A stretch of 59,269 nucleotides of DNA, filler included. It is 4 parts of 4 records of this genome, joined end to end, with 100 filler letters (N's around TTAATTAATTAA, not from the genome) between each part and the next. Parts side by side here need not be neighbours in the genome. Positions count along the whole stretch, not along the records: positions 1 to 30,734 come from DRR723986_590; 3 more parts are not named here. One strand, given 5' to 3'. This document shows positions 10,028-20,217 of this stretch, in pieces (the stretch's first letter is position 1; each line of letters starts with the position of its first letter). The position numbers and the translations under genes are program-made. The notes under the pieces were generated by a model that saw only the letters and a list, made by a program, of their open reading frames with translations, had not been told where the DNA came from and did not search any database.

Positions 10028-12410
10028 TCGATTGGTAACCAAGGATGCTTTCTTTAAGTACGCTGGTAACGGCCGTGCCCAGACCACCCAGCCCTTTGAG
10101 CTGAAATTCAACTAAGATGGCAGAATTTGTTTCAGTGTCACTGGTATTAGACCTGCTATTGTCATCGGGTTCCAGTGCCTGCTGATAGACAATGCGCGTC
10201 AGCCAGCAGCAGTTTTGATACTCCGCGCCAATCAGGTTCTCGACCGAGCGGTTATCCTCCAAATCATATTGGGTTTTTGCAAACAGCTTCCACTGATTGT
10301 TCAGCGGCATGGCGATTGAGGCGTCTACCTGCCGTACATCATTTTCCAGGCCGCCAAACTGGTTGCCTTCGCGGCGAATGCTGTAGCCGAGGTTAATGAC
10401 GCTGCCGTCGTCATTGCGTCGATGGTAGCGCAGATTGCTTTGATTGAGTGTGCCTTGGCGGGCGTCGTAAAGTAGGTCGGCATTGACGCTATGGCGATTG
10501 CTCGGCGACCAGCGCAACTGGCTGGCAATGTCGGAGTTACTGCTTTTGCGTTCGGGGTCGCCGGGTAGCTGAACGCGGCCTTCTTCAAAATAGTAGAGCT
10601 GGCCGAGGCTAAAACTGAGAAATTCTCTGCCGAGATTGTTATCGATAAAGCGGCTGCTCACGCCAATCGCCAATTGATCGGCATCGCCAAGGCGGTCGTG
10701 GCCGGTAAAGCGGGTATCGCGAAACAGCTGCTGGTAGGTAAAGGTTAACGCGGCGCTGTCAAAGTCCGGCTGATCGCTCTGGTCTTCGTATTCTGCATTG
10801 CGGTAGTAAATGCGTGGCTCTAGCGTTTGGGTAAGCGCTTTGTCCGCTAGCTGGAGTTCGCGTTCAAAAAATAAGCCGGCGTCGACGCTCAACTGATTAG
10901 AGCTGGCGCTGGGGTTGTCGTTGACGCCGATCTTGTCGGCGTCTTCCAGTTCGTAGGCGACGTGGCGGCTTTTCAGCGCCGGCTCGATAAAGCCCCAGCG
11001 CCAGCGCATGGGGAGGCTGACCCCAGCCGCCCCGTATACGCGCTGGCCGGTAATTTTATTTCCGCCGTCGCTCACTGCATCTCGGTGATCAAAGCGCGAA
11101 TATTCAAATTCCAGCGAGGGCTCTAACTGGAAGTTTCGCGCCGGTGATTGATAGTTGAGGGTGAGCTGTGGAAGTTTTTGGTAGGGGTCGTCAACGGCGG
11201 CGATGGTTTGGTAACGCTGCACTTCCAAATGCCCGCTCCAATTGTCGCCGAGATAGCCCAGTTCCGCTTTTTGGTTGAGGTGGGTGCTGCGCTTAACGGC
11301 GAGGTTAGCGAGACCGAGGTCGTCGAAATAGCTGTCGTCGCTTACCCGCGTGTAATCGACCTTGCTATACCAGCTCTCACCCATAAAGCCCTGCTCGGCA
11401 ATACCGAGTAGCCAGCGATCATCTTTCTTGGTTTGGTCGTCTGGCAAATAGCTGCCATTGATGGACCACTCGGAGTATTTATTCAGGTAACGAAACTCAC
11501 CCTCTAAAGCTTCGCCGCGGGTCTCGATATAGCGAGGTGCCAGGGTGAGGTCATAATTTGGTGCGAGGTTGAGGTAGTAGGGGGTCGAAATATCCAGGCT
11601 ATTGTTGGAGAAGCCCAGTGTCGGAAACAGAAAGCCGGTGCTGCGACGGTCGTCAACGGGAAAGTTTAAATACGGGGTGTAGAACACCGGTACATCATAG
11701 ATGCGCACGGTTGCGCCGCGCGCTACCCCCCGGCCGCTGTCGTAGTCCAGCTCGATGCTTTTGGCGTGCAGTGACCAGGTCTCGTTGTCGGGTGTGCACT
11801 GGGTATAGCTGGCCGCTTCCAGTTCAAAGCGGTCGAAGGCGGGACGTGCTATGCGCCCGGCGCTGCCTCGTGCGCCGGTTTGATAGCTGAGAATTTCTGC
11901 TTCGAGCAGTTCGCCCAGGCCTTGATTGGTATCTAGCTCGGCACTATGGCCGCGCAGCATAAAGCCGGGCTGTCGCAGCACTACGCTGTCTCGCAGCATC
12001 ACGCTGCTGTCGCTGCGTCGGTAGCGAGCATAGCCGGCGTCCAGGCTGAGATTGCCTTTGCGCAGTTGTACGTCGCCGGACATGGTGGCGCGGTCACCCA
12101 CCGACTCGATGGTATCGGCGGAGACGACTAATGGCGCTTCAGTGGGACTTAACTGCGAACCGCTCCAGTCGCGAGCGGGTTCCACAAAGCGACCGGCGCA
12201 GCCCGGCGCCATATTACAGCGCACCGATTCGGGCAGGTATTCCTGAGGTAGCCAGTTCCAGTGCTGGTAGTAGGCGGGCAGCTGGGAGATGTCAGCGTCC
12301 AGTTGTTCGCTACTGATCGGCCCACAGCGTTGTTCTGCCGCGCCTTGCGCGAGGCTGGCGGCGCCGTAGCTGCTGATCATCAGCAGTATGAGAGTGCGGA
12401 ACACGGGCAT
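10020..12410 (-). CDS. lptD: LPS assembly protein LptD
   Basis: YTQC, PVFYTPY, RRSTGFLFP, PYYLNLAPNYD, QTLEPRIYY, YQNCCW, FQLKGLG. Confidence 0.96.
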   Translation of the reverse strand: MPVFRTLILLMISSYGAASLAQGAAEQRCGPISSEQLDADISQLPAYYQHWNWLPQEYLPESVRCNMAPGCAGRFVEPARDWSGSQLSPTEAPLVVSADTIESVGDRATMSGDVQLRKGNLSLDAGYARYRRSDSSVMLRDSVVLRQPGFMLRGHSAELDTNQGLGELLEAEILSYQTGARGSAGRIARPAFDRFELEAASYTQCTPDNETWSLHAKSIELDYDSGRGVARGATVRIYDVPVFYTPYLNFPVDDRRSTGFLFPTLGFSNNSLDISTPYYLNLAPNYDLTLAPRYIETRGEALEGEFRYLNKYSEWSINGSYLPDDQTKKDDRWLLGIAEQGFMGESWYSKVDYTRVSDDSYFDDLGLANLAVKRSTHLNQKAELGYLGDNWSGHLEVQRYQTIAAVDDPYQKLPQLTLNYQSPARNFQLEPSLEFEYSRFDHRDAVSDGGNKITGQRVYGAAGVSLPMRWRWGFIEPALKSRHVAYELEDADKIGVNDNPSASSNQLSVDAGLFFERELQLADKALTQTLEPRIYYRNAEYEDQSDQPDFDSAALTFTYQQLFRDTRFTGHDRLGDADQLAIGVSSRFIDNNLGREFLSFSLGQLYYFEEGRVQLPGDPERKSSNSDIASQLRWSPSNRHSVNADLLYDARQGTLNQSNLRYHRRNDDGSVINLGYSIRREGNQFGGLENDVRQVDASIAMPLNNQWKLFAKTQYDLEDNRSVENLIGAEYQNCCWLTRIVYQQALEPDDNSRSNTSDTETNSAILVEFQLKGLGGLGTAVTSVLKESILGYQSNE

Positions 12411-12526
12411 GCGATACTGGCTTTAATATTTATTGCTGTAGGCCTGAATTGGCGAAGGCGAATAATAAAGCATTCTCTGCTAGGATGCCCGTTTCACAGC
12501 GATATTGACGAAAATTCTCGCCCTTG

Positions 12527-13567
12527 ATGACAGCAGATAAGACACAGATAGCTGACGAGCTGAAACGTTGGAGCCTGCAGCAGCTAGGCCTACCCCCTGA
12601 AGAGCCCGCGACGCTGTCGGTGGTGTCGGGGGATGCGAGCTTCCGCTGTTACTACCGCCTGAGCTTGCCTGGCGACATGCATTTTATTGCCGTGCACGCG
12701 CCGCCAGAGAAAGAAGACAATCCGGCATTTATCGCGGTTCAGCAACGTATGATGGCCGCCAACTTGCGGGTTCCCGGAATGCTGGGCTGGGATTTGGAGC
12801 GCGGTTTTCTCTTGCAGGAAGACTTTGGCGACCAGCTATTGTTGCCGTGCCTGGACTCCATAGATGCTGCCGATCGCTACTATCGCCAGGCCTTTACCTG
12901 CCTGCTAAATATGCAGTCGATGCCACTGGCCGACGGCGATCTGCCCGACTACGATCGCGCGCGCCTTCTGGAAGAGATGGCACTGTTTCCCCACTGGTTT
13001 GTCGAGCAATTGCTGGGCCACTCGCTGAGCGATGCCGAATGGCAGATGCTGGCGCGCTTGTTTGATCGCCTTGCCGCGCGCGCCGAGGCGCAGCCGCAGG
13101 GCTTTGTCCATCGCGACTTTCACAGCCGCAATATTATGCTGTTGAACGATGGCGAGTTAGGGCTGATTGATTTTCAAGATGCGGTGCGCGGTCCACTCAC
13201 CTATGACGTCATGTCCTTGCTGCGCGACTGCTACGTGCACTGGCCGCCGGCTTCTGTAAAAACCTGGTTGCTGGCGTACCGCCAACAATTGGTGGCGGCG
13301 GGGATCGCGGTGCCTGACGAAGACGCCTTTTTGTGGGACGCCGACTGGATGGGCTTGCAACGCCACATCAAGGTGTTGGGCATCTTTGCTCGCCTCAAAT
13401 TACGGGACGGCAAGTCGGCGTACCTGGATGACCTTCCCCTGGTGATGGCTTACACCCTTAGCGTGGCGGAGCAATACGAGGACTGCCGCGAATTTGTCAC
13501 GTGGTTTAGCGACACCCTGTTGCCTGTGGCGCGCCAGCAATCGTGGTTCCGCGAGGTTCTCTTGTGA
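12527..13567 (+). CDS. amgK: Anomeric MurNAc/GlcNAc kinase (APH-like phosphotransferase)
   Basis: GDASFRCYYR, VHRDFHSRN, IDFQDAV, GLQRHIKVLGIFARL; divergent from lptD and coupled to murU. Confidence 0.88.
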   Translation: MTADKTQIADELKRWSLQQLGLPPEEPATLSVVSGDASFRCYYRLSLPGDMHFIAVHAPPEKEDNPAFIAVQQRMMAANLRVPGMLGWDLERGFLLQEDFGDQLLLPCLDSIDAADRYYRQAFTCLLNMQSMPLADGDLPDYDRARLLEEMALFPHWFVEQLLGHSLSDAEWQMLARLFDRLAARAEAQPQGFVHRDFHSRNIMLLNDGELGLIDFQDAVRGPLTYDVMSLLRDCYVHWPPASVKTWLLAYRQQLVAAGIAVPDEDAFLWDADWMGLQRHIKVLGIFARLKLRDGKSAYLDDLPLVMAYTLSVAEQYEDCREFVTWFSDTLLPVARQQSWFREVLL

Positions 13568-14229
13568 AGGCAATGATCCTGGCCGCGGGGCTGGGGGAGC
13601 GAATGCGGCCGTTGACGGACCACTGCCCCAAGCCCTTGCTGACCGCCGCCGACAAACCGCTGATCGACTATCACTTAGAGAAACTGGCCGCCGCCGGCTT
13701 TGCCAATGTTGTGGTGAATAGTGCCTGGCTGTCTGAGCAGCTATGCGACTATCTCGGGCGCGGCGAGCGCTACGGTTTGCAGATCAGTCATTCAGTGGAA
13801 AGTGAGCCGCTGGAGACCGCCGGGGGTATTATTAACGCTTTGCCGCTGTTGGGCTCGGAGCCTTTCTTGCTGATCAATGGTGACGTGTTCTGCGATGTCG
13901 ACTTTAGGGATTTTTTGTCATGCCGGCCACAGAGTGCGGAGCTGCTAATGGTCGAGAATCCGCCCCATCATCCCGACGGCGACTTTTCCCTGAGTGCCGA
14001 TGGCAAGCTGAGTGAATCGGGCTCGCCGCGCTATACCTTTGCGGGAATCAGTGTCTGGCAGCCTGCGTGTTTTGCCGGGCTCGCGGCGGGTCGACGGCCG
14101 CTAAAGCCGATTATGCAAAATCTTATGTCACAGGGCAGCCTGCGAGGTAGGCTGCATAGCGGGCGCTGGTGGGATATTGGAACGCCGCAACGGCTCGCTG
14201 AACTGGATGCCTACCTGCGCTCTGCGTAA
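13564..14229 (+). CDS. murU: MurNAc-1-phosphate uridylyltransferase
   Basis: KAMILAAGLGERMRPLT...PKPL, LETAGGI, NGDV, DIGTPQRL; GTG start overlaps the amgK stop. Confidence 0.9.
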   Translation: MKAMILAAGLGERMRPLTDHCPKPLLTAADKPLIDYHLEKLAAAGFANVVVNSAWLSEQLCDYLGRGERYGLQISHSVESEPLETAGGIINALPLLGSEPFLLINGDVFCDVDFRDFLSCRPQSAELLMVENPPHHPDGDFSLSADGKLSESGSPRYTFAGISVWQPACFAGLAAGRRPLKPIMQNLMSQGSLRGRLHSGRWWDIGTPQRLAELDAYLRSA

Positions 14230-14268
14230 ACTAGGACACGTTATTCCCCTATAGCTAATGGAATTTTT

Positions 14269-14937
14269 ATGGCCGATTACTGGATAGCTCCTTCAATTCT
14301 CTCTGCTGATTTTGCCCGCCTGGGCGAAGAGGTCGACACGGTACTTGAGGCTGGCGCAGACGTTGTGCATTTCGATGTCATGGATAACCACTACGTCCCC
14401 AACCTGACTATCGGCCCGATGGTCTGCAAGGCCCTGCGTAATCACGGTATTAAGGCGCCGATTGATGTGCACCTGATGGTGTCTCCAGTGGATCGCTTGA
14501 TCGGTGATTTTGCCGAGGCGGGCGCCAGTATTATCACCTTCCATCCGGATGCCTCCACCCACGTTGACCGATCGCTGCAAATGATTCGCGACGCGGGCTG
14601 TAAAGCCGGCTTGGTGTTGAACCCAGCGGTCGGCCCAGGCGTATTGAAATACGTCATGGACAAGCTCGACATGGTGTTGCTGATGTCGGTGAACCCAGGG
14701 TTCGGCGGACAGAAATTTATTCCCTCTACCCTGGATAAAGTCCGCGAAGTGCGGGCGCTGATCGACGCCAGTGGTCGCGATATTCGCCTTGAGGTAGACG
14801 GTGGAATTTCCGCTAAGAATATTGCCGAGATTGCCGCCGCAGGTGCCGATACATTCGTTGCGGGCTCGGCGATCTTTAATGCAGACGACTACACCGCAGT
14901 GATCGACAATATGCGCAGCGAGCTGGCTGGCGTATGA
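14269..14937 (+). CDS. rpe: Ribulose-phosphate 3-epimerase
   Basis: [41 protein letters not shown]. Confidence 0.98.
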   Translation: MADYWIAPSILSADFARLGEEVDTVLEAGADVVHFDVMDNHYVPNLTIGPMVCKALRNHGIKAPIDVHLMVSPVDRLIGDFAEAGASIITFHPDASTHVDRSLQMIRDAGCKAGLVLNPAVGPGVLKYVMDKLDMVLLMSVNPGFGGQKFIPSTLDKVREVRALIDASGRDIRLEVDGGISAKNIAEIAAAGADTFVAGSAIFNADDYTAVIDNMRSELAGV

Positions 14938-15620
14938 AGCTCCAGCAGTTGCTCGGCGAGGCGCCGCTGAAGGCTATTTTATTCGACCTCGATGGCACCT
15001 TGGTGGACTCGGTGCCCGATCTCGCTGCCGCAATGGATGCCGCCTTGATTCACTGTGGCTATCCCGGCGCGGGGGAGGAGCGGGTGCGAACATGGGTGGG
15101 CAACGGCGCTGCCAAACTGGTCGAACGCGCGCTCGATTGGGCGGAGAGTACTTCCCAGCGCTCGGGGCCGCCAGTGCCGCACGGTGTTTTGTTAGATGCA
15201 TTTTATCTGGCCTACGCCGAGGACAGCAGCTCCCGCAGTCAGCTGTTTCCGGGCGTAATCGCGGCGCTGGAATACTGGCAGCAAGCCGGTATCAAACTGG
15301 CGTGCGTCACGAATAAGCCCGAGCGTTTTACGCACCCAATTCTTGCGGAATTTGGCCTGCAGTCGTTACTGCCGGTGGTGGTGGGGGGCGATACACTTGC
15401 CCAGCGAAAACCCGACCCCGCGCCTTTGCTGCATGCCTGTGAGCGGCTGGGCGTCGTCGCGGGCAATACTGTAATGGTGGGCGATTCCTCTAACGATATA
15501 GACGCTGCCCACGCCGCTGGCATGCCTGCTGCCTGTGTTAGCTACGGCTATAACCACGGCGCCCCGATTGCCGAGGCTGGAGCCGATCTACTGGTGGATG
15601 ATTTTGGGTCGCTGCGTTAA
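14934..15620 (+). CDS. gph: Phosphoglycolate phosphatase (HAD)
   Basis: [28 protein letters not shown]; rpe-gph order. Confidence 0.92.
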   Translation: MKLQQLLGEAPLKAILFDLDGTLVDSVPDLAAAMDAALIHCGYPGAGEERVRTWVGNGAAKLVERALDWAESTSQRSGPPVPHGVLLDAFYLAYAEDSSSRSQLFPGVIAALEYWQQAGIKLACVTNKPERFTHPILAEFGLQSLLPVVVGGDTLAQRKPDPAPLLHACERLGVVAGNTVMVGDSSNDIDAAHAAGMPAACVSYGYNHGAPIAEAGADLLVDDFGSLR

Positions 15621-16207
15621 TCCTGCGGCTTGATATAGGCGTAGCGCCGGCACTGAGCCTGCCACGCCAATGATCGGCATTCACACGCTGGGGTGAGCAT
15701 ATCAGCCTGAATGCCGTTGAGTTCTATCAGCCTGTTTTCCAGCTCATCCTCGCTCTCCAGTTCGCCGTCGTGGCCAATGTGCAGGGTGTCCACAGTGTGT
15801 TGATGGAGAAGGTGGTGGCCAATTAACAGGCTGCGATGGCAGCTTGCCGGGTCTTTTTCTGCACACATCAGCGCGATGCGCATAGGCTTGTTCAGGCCGT
15901 TAAATACTCGCTCGATACCGCGCTGGAAAAGCGCCGCTGTTTGCAGGCGGCTGAATTGCACTTGACCGTGCTCGTTGTAGTGCGCGTGGTCTTTTGAGCG
16001 CGGCCCCAGCTCCTCGCCCAAATAGACATAGGCAATGCCTGCCTCTCGCAAACGCTTTGCCAGTGGTTCGCGGTGGTAGTCGTGGAAGGCGCGGCTGTAG
16101 GGAACAGAGCGAACATCGGCAATGGCATCAATGCGGTGTTGCCGCAGTTGGCGCAAAAATTCCTCTAGCGGTTTTGTTGCGTAGCCAATGGAGTAGAGGG
16201 CGTGCAT
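15617..16207 (-). CDS. DUF488 family protein
   Basis: LYSIGY, DVRSVPYSR, YVYLGEELG, ALMCAEKDPASCHRSLL. Confidence 0.8.
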   Translation of the reverse strand: MHALYSIGYATKPLEEFLRQLRQHRIDAIADVRSVPYSRAFHDYHREPLAKRLREAGIAYVYLGEELGPRSKDHAHYNEHGQVQFSRLQTAALFQRGIERVFNGLNKPMRIALMCAEKDPASCHRSLLIGHHLLHQHTVDTLHIGHDGELESEDELENRLIELNGIQADMLTPACECRSLAWQAQCRRYAYIKPQD

Positions 16208-16252
16208 AGCGTGCTCAAAGCCACCAGTTTACACGCCCACTTGGGCTTGGCT

Positions 16253-17644
16253 CTAGCGGAAGTTTTCGGGAATGGTTAGCTCGTAGGTTGTGCCAAACCA
16301 CGGTATGCCGAAATTTACCGGGCCGCGCTGAGAGCTGAAGTACAGCCGGCTGCCGTCGGCGGTAAATGCCGGGCCAGTCAGCTCGCTTTTACCGCCGGGG
16401 ACTTGCAGCAAGATCTTCGCATTGGCATTGGGGACCATTACCATCAAGCGCATTGCATCGCCATCTTCGGCGACGATAACGTCGCCGGCGGGGCTGACAA
16501 CCAGGTTGTCGACATCGTCATAGGGGGGTTCGTCAACGGCGGTGAGCTGTTCGTTGTCGAATACCACTTCGATAAGATCGTTGTCGATATCCAAGGCATA
16601 TACCCGGTTGTCGCCTTTACAGGCAAAGAACACCACCGCCCGCAGAGGGTGGCTGCTGCCCGCGACGGTGCGGCCGTCGGTAAAGCTTTGTATCCATATT
16701 CCCTCTCCGCCTTTGAAGACGGTTCCCGGTGCACCGGCGCCGGTTGATGCAATGTCGGCGCGAACGTCAGCCTGGGGGCGTTCGGGCGATTGGACTTCCA
16801 CCCATTTCACTTTGTGCAGCTGTCGCGCCTCGCTGAGTGCGTCCTGATAACCGCCATTTTCGAAGCCCTCGATTTCCAGCACTTCCAGCAGGCCGTTATT
16901 CAAGTTGAGTCCCTGCCGCCCATTCATCGATGGGGCATCTCCCAAGGCGGTGTAGCGGTAGAGCCGACCATCGCCGGCATCCTCGGTGAGATACACGGTG
17001 CGAGTGGGCAGGTCTACGGCCACTGCCTCATGGTTGAAAATTCCCAGCGCTGGCCGAGCCACGGCGCTGTCTGCATCGCCAAAGGGGTCGCATTCGTACA
17101 CCAGGCCATCCCGGACTTCCTCGCAGGACAGCCAGGTTTGCCAGGGGGTCGCGCCGCCTGCGCAGTTGTTGCGGGTATCTTTAAGAATGCGGTAGTTGTC
17201 GGTAATGCTGCCGTTGGCATCAAAACGCAGAGCACCCACTCCGCCAGGTGTGGATTCACTGTTGGATACGTAAACCCAGCCGCCGTCGTCGCTTTGGAAC
17301 ACCGCCCCGCCATCGGGGTTGCTGTGCCAGAGCGTGAAGTTGAGTGATGGCGAGAAGCCGGCGCGGGCCACGCGGCGTATGGAGAAGCCTTCGGGAATCA
17401 ATATGTCGTCAACGTCAGAGGTGAATAAGTCGCCGATATTGGCTAGCGGGCCGGGTGACAGCGGCAGCTCGGTTGCCGGGGGAACGGGCGGTTGTGGGGG
17501 CTGGGGTGTGTCGCCGTTATCTGGCGTGGTGTTGCTTGTGCTGCGACTCGAGCCGCCACCACATGCGGCGAGGCCAGCGGCGGCACCGAGAAACATTGCG
17601 CGCAGCACGTCGCGGCGGCTCTTGATAAGGGGTGGCTGTGTCAC
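16253..17644 (-). CDS. PhoX/DUF839-family alkaline phosphatase-like Tat lipoprotein
   Basis: SRRDVL Tat motif and LAAC lipobox; NCAGGATPWQTWLSCEE, HEAVAVD, YLTED, GEG, DN, AED, ELTGPAF motifs; Pho box upstream. Confidence 0.85.
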   Translation of the reverse strand: MTQPPLIKSRRDVLRAMFLGAAAGLAACGGGSSRSTSNTTPDNGDTPQPPQPPVPPATELPLSPGPLANIGDLFTSDVDDILIPEGFSIRRVARAGFSPSLNFTLWHSNPDGGAVFQSDDGGWVYVSNSESTPGGVGALRFDANGSITDNYRILKDTRNNCAGGATPWQTWLSCEEVRDGLVYECDPFGDADSAVARPALGIFNHEAVAVDLPTRTVYLTEDAGDGRLYRYTALGDAPSMNGRQGLNLNNGLLEVLEIEGFENGGYQDALSEARQLHKVKWVEVQSPERPQADVRADIASTGAGAPGTVFKGGEGIWIQSFTDGRTVAGSSHPLRAVVFFACKGDNRVYALDIDNDLIEVVFDNEQLTAVDEPPYDDVDNLVVSPAGDVIVAEDGDAMRLMVMVPNANAKILLQVPGGKSELTGPAFTADGSRLYFSSQRGPVNFGIPWFGTTYELTIPENFR

Positions 17645-17715
17645 CTGTCTACTCCTTTTACTGGCCCGTCTGCCTGGGGGCAGCAGGCCTTAGGCAAAGA
17701 TTCACTAGGCCGCGA

Positions 17716-17749
17716 AAGGTAGAGCAAAACTGTGGCAGTTTAATGACAC
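17716..17749 (-). promoter_or_regulatory. Pho box (PhoB site) with -10 element
   Basis: Minus strand GTGTCAT-TAAA-CTGCCAC (17749-17732), then exactly 10 nt, then TACCTT; the same geometry as E. coli pho promoters. Confidence 0.75.
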
Positions 17750-17871
17750 GGAGGGCGCGTTTGTGTCGCAGATAACGGCGTAGGTACTTTGCAGAAGGCG
17801 TGACAGGGTGGGGCTATCGACGGGGCGGCTGAGGGGCCAATACTACCCTGCAGCCGCCGTGCTCGCTTGGA

Positions 17872-18537
17872 CTAGTGGTCGCCAAACAGAAAATTGCGAA
17901 TCAGCTCTTTACCGCCCTCGGTCGCAAAGGACTCGGGGTGAAACTGAATGCCATGGATAGGATGTTCGCGGTGCTGAACCCCCATAATTTCGAACTCACC
18001 GCCGCGCCGCACCTCGCTGGGGTCGCTAAAGGCATTGGGCGGGATGTCGCCGACTAGCGCAGTGACTTGCAGGCAATCGGGTAGAGACTCTGCCTCGGCG
18101 ATCAGCGAGTGGTAGCGCATGACTTCCAGCTGGTCCGGGACATTGGCAAACATGCCTTGGTCATTGTGGGTGATCGGGCTGATTTTGCCATGCATGGGCA
18201 GTGGCGCCTTGACCACATTGCCGCCGAATACGTGGACGATGCCCTGCATGCCTAAGCAGACGCCGAGTAGCGGAGTGTGCTTGCCGAGCTCGGCGATCAC
18301 CTGTGAGCATACGCCAAAGTAGTGTTCGTCATCCGGTGAGCCCGGGCCGGGTGAAACGATAATGCGGTCGGCGTTGAGCTGGTGGATCTCATCCAAACTT
18401 AATTCGTCGTTGCGTTTAACGACAATACGAAAGTCGTCGAGCCGCCCGCGGCTCTTTTCGCTGCTCAATATCTCGCCAATATATTGGTAGAGGTTGTAGG
18501 TGAAGGAGTCGTAGTTATCAATGATGAGGACTTTCAC
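17872..18537 (-). CDS. trpG: Anthranilate synthase component II (glutamine amidotransferase), cassette copy
   Basis: [35 protein letters not shown]; start overlaps the trpE stop. Confidence 0.9.
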   Translation of the reverse strand: MKVLIIDNYDSFTYNLYQYIGEILSSEKSRGRLDDFRIVVKRNDELSLDEIHQLNADRIIVSPGPGSPDDEHYFGVCSQVIAELGKHTPLLGVCLGMQGIVHVFGGNVVKAPLPMHGKISPITHNDQGMFANVPDQLEVMRYHSLIAEAESLPDCLQVTALVGDIPPNAFSDPSEVRRGGEFEIMGVQHREHPIHGIQFHPESFATEGGKELIRNFLFGDH

Positions 18538-19937
18538 GATTCGCCTCCTTCGCGGTCATCGACCATAAACTTATCCAGGACCTTTTTGGTGCCGGCGAAC
18601 TTGCGCCGAATTTCCTCGTATTCATCGTCGGGGTTGGAGTCGTACACATTGCCGCCGCAGGTTTGCACATAGGCTTCTTCGCCATTGGCGAATACCGTTC
18701 GAATGGGGATGGCAAAGGTGCAGTCCCCGTTGAATGAAAAGTGCCCGACCGCGCCGCCATAGGGGCCGCGTCCGTCGCCTTCCAGTTCGTTGATGATCCG
18801 CATGGCCTCAATTTTGGGGGCGCCGGTTAGCGTTCCCGCCGGGAAGTTGCTGGGCAGGGCCGAGAACATGTCTTCGCCCTCAGCGATAATGCCGACAATT
18901 TCGCTGGAAATATGCTGTACGTGGCTGAAGCGCTTAATGTCCATCAGGCTGCGCACCTTCACCGTGCCAAACTGGGCCACACGACCAATATCATTGCGAT
19001 GCAGGTCGACAATCATATTGTGCTCGGCGATTTCTTTGGGGTCGTTGAGCAGTGCACGGGCCAGTGCGGTATCTTCTTGTGGGTCGGCGCCGCGCCGGGT
19101 GGTGCCCGCCAGTGGGAAGGTTTCCATCTCGCCTTGGCGCAACCTAAACAACAACTCGGGACTGGCACCGATCAGTTTTTGCTCGCCAAATTTTACGTAG
19201 TACATCTGCGGCGAGGGGTTAATTTCACGCATTTCCTCGTAGATATTGATGGTGTCACCTTCGAGGCGAAAACGCTTTTTAAAACCGACTTCCGTCTGAA
19301 AAATTTTGCCGTCGATAATGTCCTGCTTCACCTTCATGACGGCGGCGCGGTGATCGTCGCGGCTCATGGTTTCGCCGCAGGAATATATTTTTAAGGGGCC
19401 GTTTGCGACATCGTCTTCGGCGAGCAGGGCTTCAACATCATCCAGGCGGCTGTCGTGGTAGTAAAAATAAATGAGTTCCCCGGTCATCTTGTCGAGGATC
19501 AAGCCATCTTTAAAGAGCCCAAATCGAAAGGCATCAAACAGCTCACTACTCTGGATGCTAAGGCTGGGCTCAAAGTAATTCATCGCGTCGTAGCCGAGAT
19601 AGCCAGTGAGGCCGCCGGCGTATTTTCGAGAAATAATGTCCTGCGGGACGATTTCCCGGAGCAGGGAATAGGGATTGTCGCTGGGGTAATCGGCCTTGCT
19701 GCCGTCGCGCTCCTCAATAGTGAGCGTGTTGCCGTTGGCGTAGAGCAGCTGCTCGGGGTCGAAGCCGATAATGGAGTGGCGGGCCATATGGCTATCCTCG
19801 CCGAGCGACTCCAGATAGAAGCAGTTGTCGTAGCGCTTCTCGATTTTCTTAAACAGTTTAAAAAAATCGCAGTCGGCGCTAATGGTAATGTAATGCGGCT
19901 TGCGGGGCAGGCGCAGTCGAGGGGGTAGTTGGCTCAT
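18534..19937 (-). CDS. trpE: Anthranilate synthase component I
   Basis: LES, NPSPQM, GASPE, PLAGT, KEIAEHNMIVDLHRNDIG, FPAGTLTGAPK, RGPYGG; start MSQLPP at 19937; lies between trpR and trpG. Confidence 0.88.
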   Translation of the reverse strand: MSQLPPRLRLPRKPHYITISADCDFFKLFKKIEKRYDNCFYLESLGEDSHMARHSIIGFDPEQLLYANGNTLTIEERDGSKADYPSDNPYSLLREIVPQDIISRKYAGGLTGYLGYDAMNYFEPSLSIQSSELFDAFRFGLFKDGLILDKMTGELIYFYYHDSRLDDVEALLAEDDVANGPLKIYSCGETMSRDDHRAAVMKVKQDIIDGKIFQTEVGFKKRFRLEGDTINIYEEMREINPSPQMYYVKFGEQKLIGASPELLFRLRQGEMETFPLAGTTRRGADPQEDTALARALLNDPKEIAEHNMIVDLHRNDIGRVAQFGTVKVRSLMDIKRFSHVQHISSEIVGIIAEGEDMFSALPSNFPAGTLTGAPKIEAMRIINELEGDGRGPYGGAVGHFSFNGDCTFAIPIRTVFANGEEAYVQTCGGNVYDSNPDDEYEEIRRKFAGTKKVLDKFMVDDREGGES

Positions 19938-19950
19938 AGGATGTCGGTGC

Positions 19951-20217
19951 TTAGCCTCGGGAGTGTCGTTTGCGGGCGCGTGAGCCACGGGTGACGGTGG
20001 CAATGCCAACACCCAGTTGCTCGGCGATTTGGCGCTGAGGTATTCCGGCATCGAGCAGCTTGAAAATTTGTAGCCGCTTGCTTACCTCGCTGAACTCCGA
20101 CGGTGTGAGCAGATCGTTTAAGCGCTGATCTAACTCACTTTCGGATGTTGCGGCAAAGAGGTGTTCCAGCAGTTCCTGCCGATGACGGTCATCTTGTGTC
20201 TTGCGCGTCGTATTCAT
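19951..20217 (-). CDS. trpR: Trp repressor (TrpR/YerC family)
   Basis: LLTPSE...RLQI...QRQIAEQLGVGIATVTRGS HTH signature. Confidence 0.9.
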   Translation of the reverse strand: MNTTRKTQDDRHRQELLEHLFAATSESELDQRLNDLLTPSEFSEVSKRLQIFKLLDAGIPQRQIAEQLGVGIATVTRGSRARKRHSRG

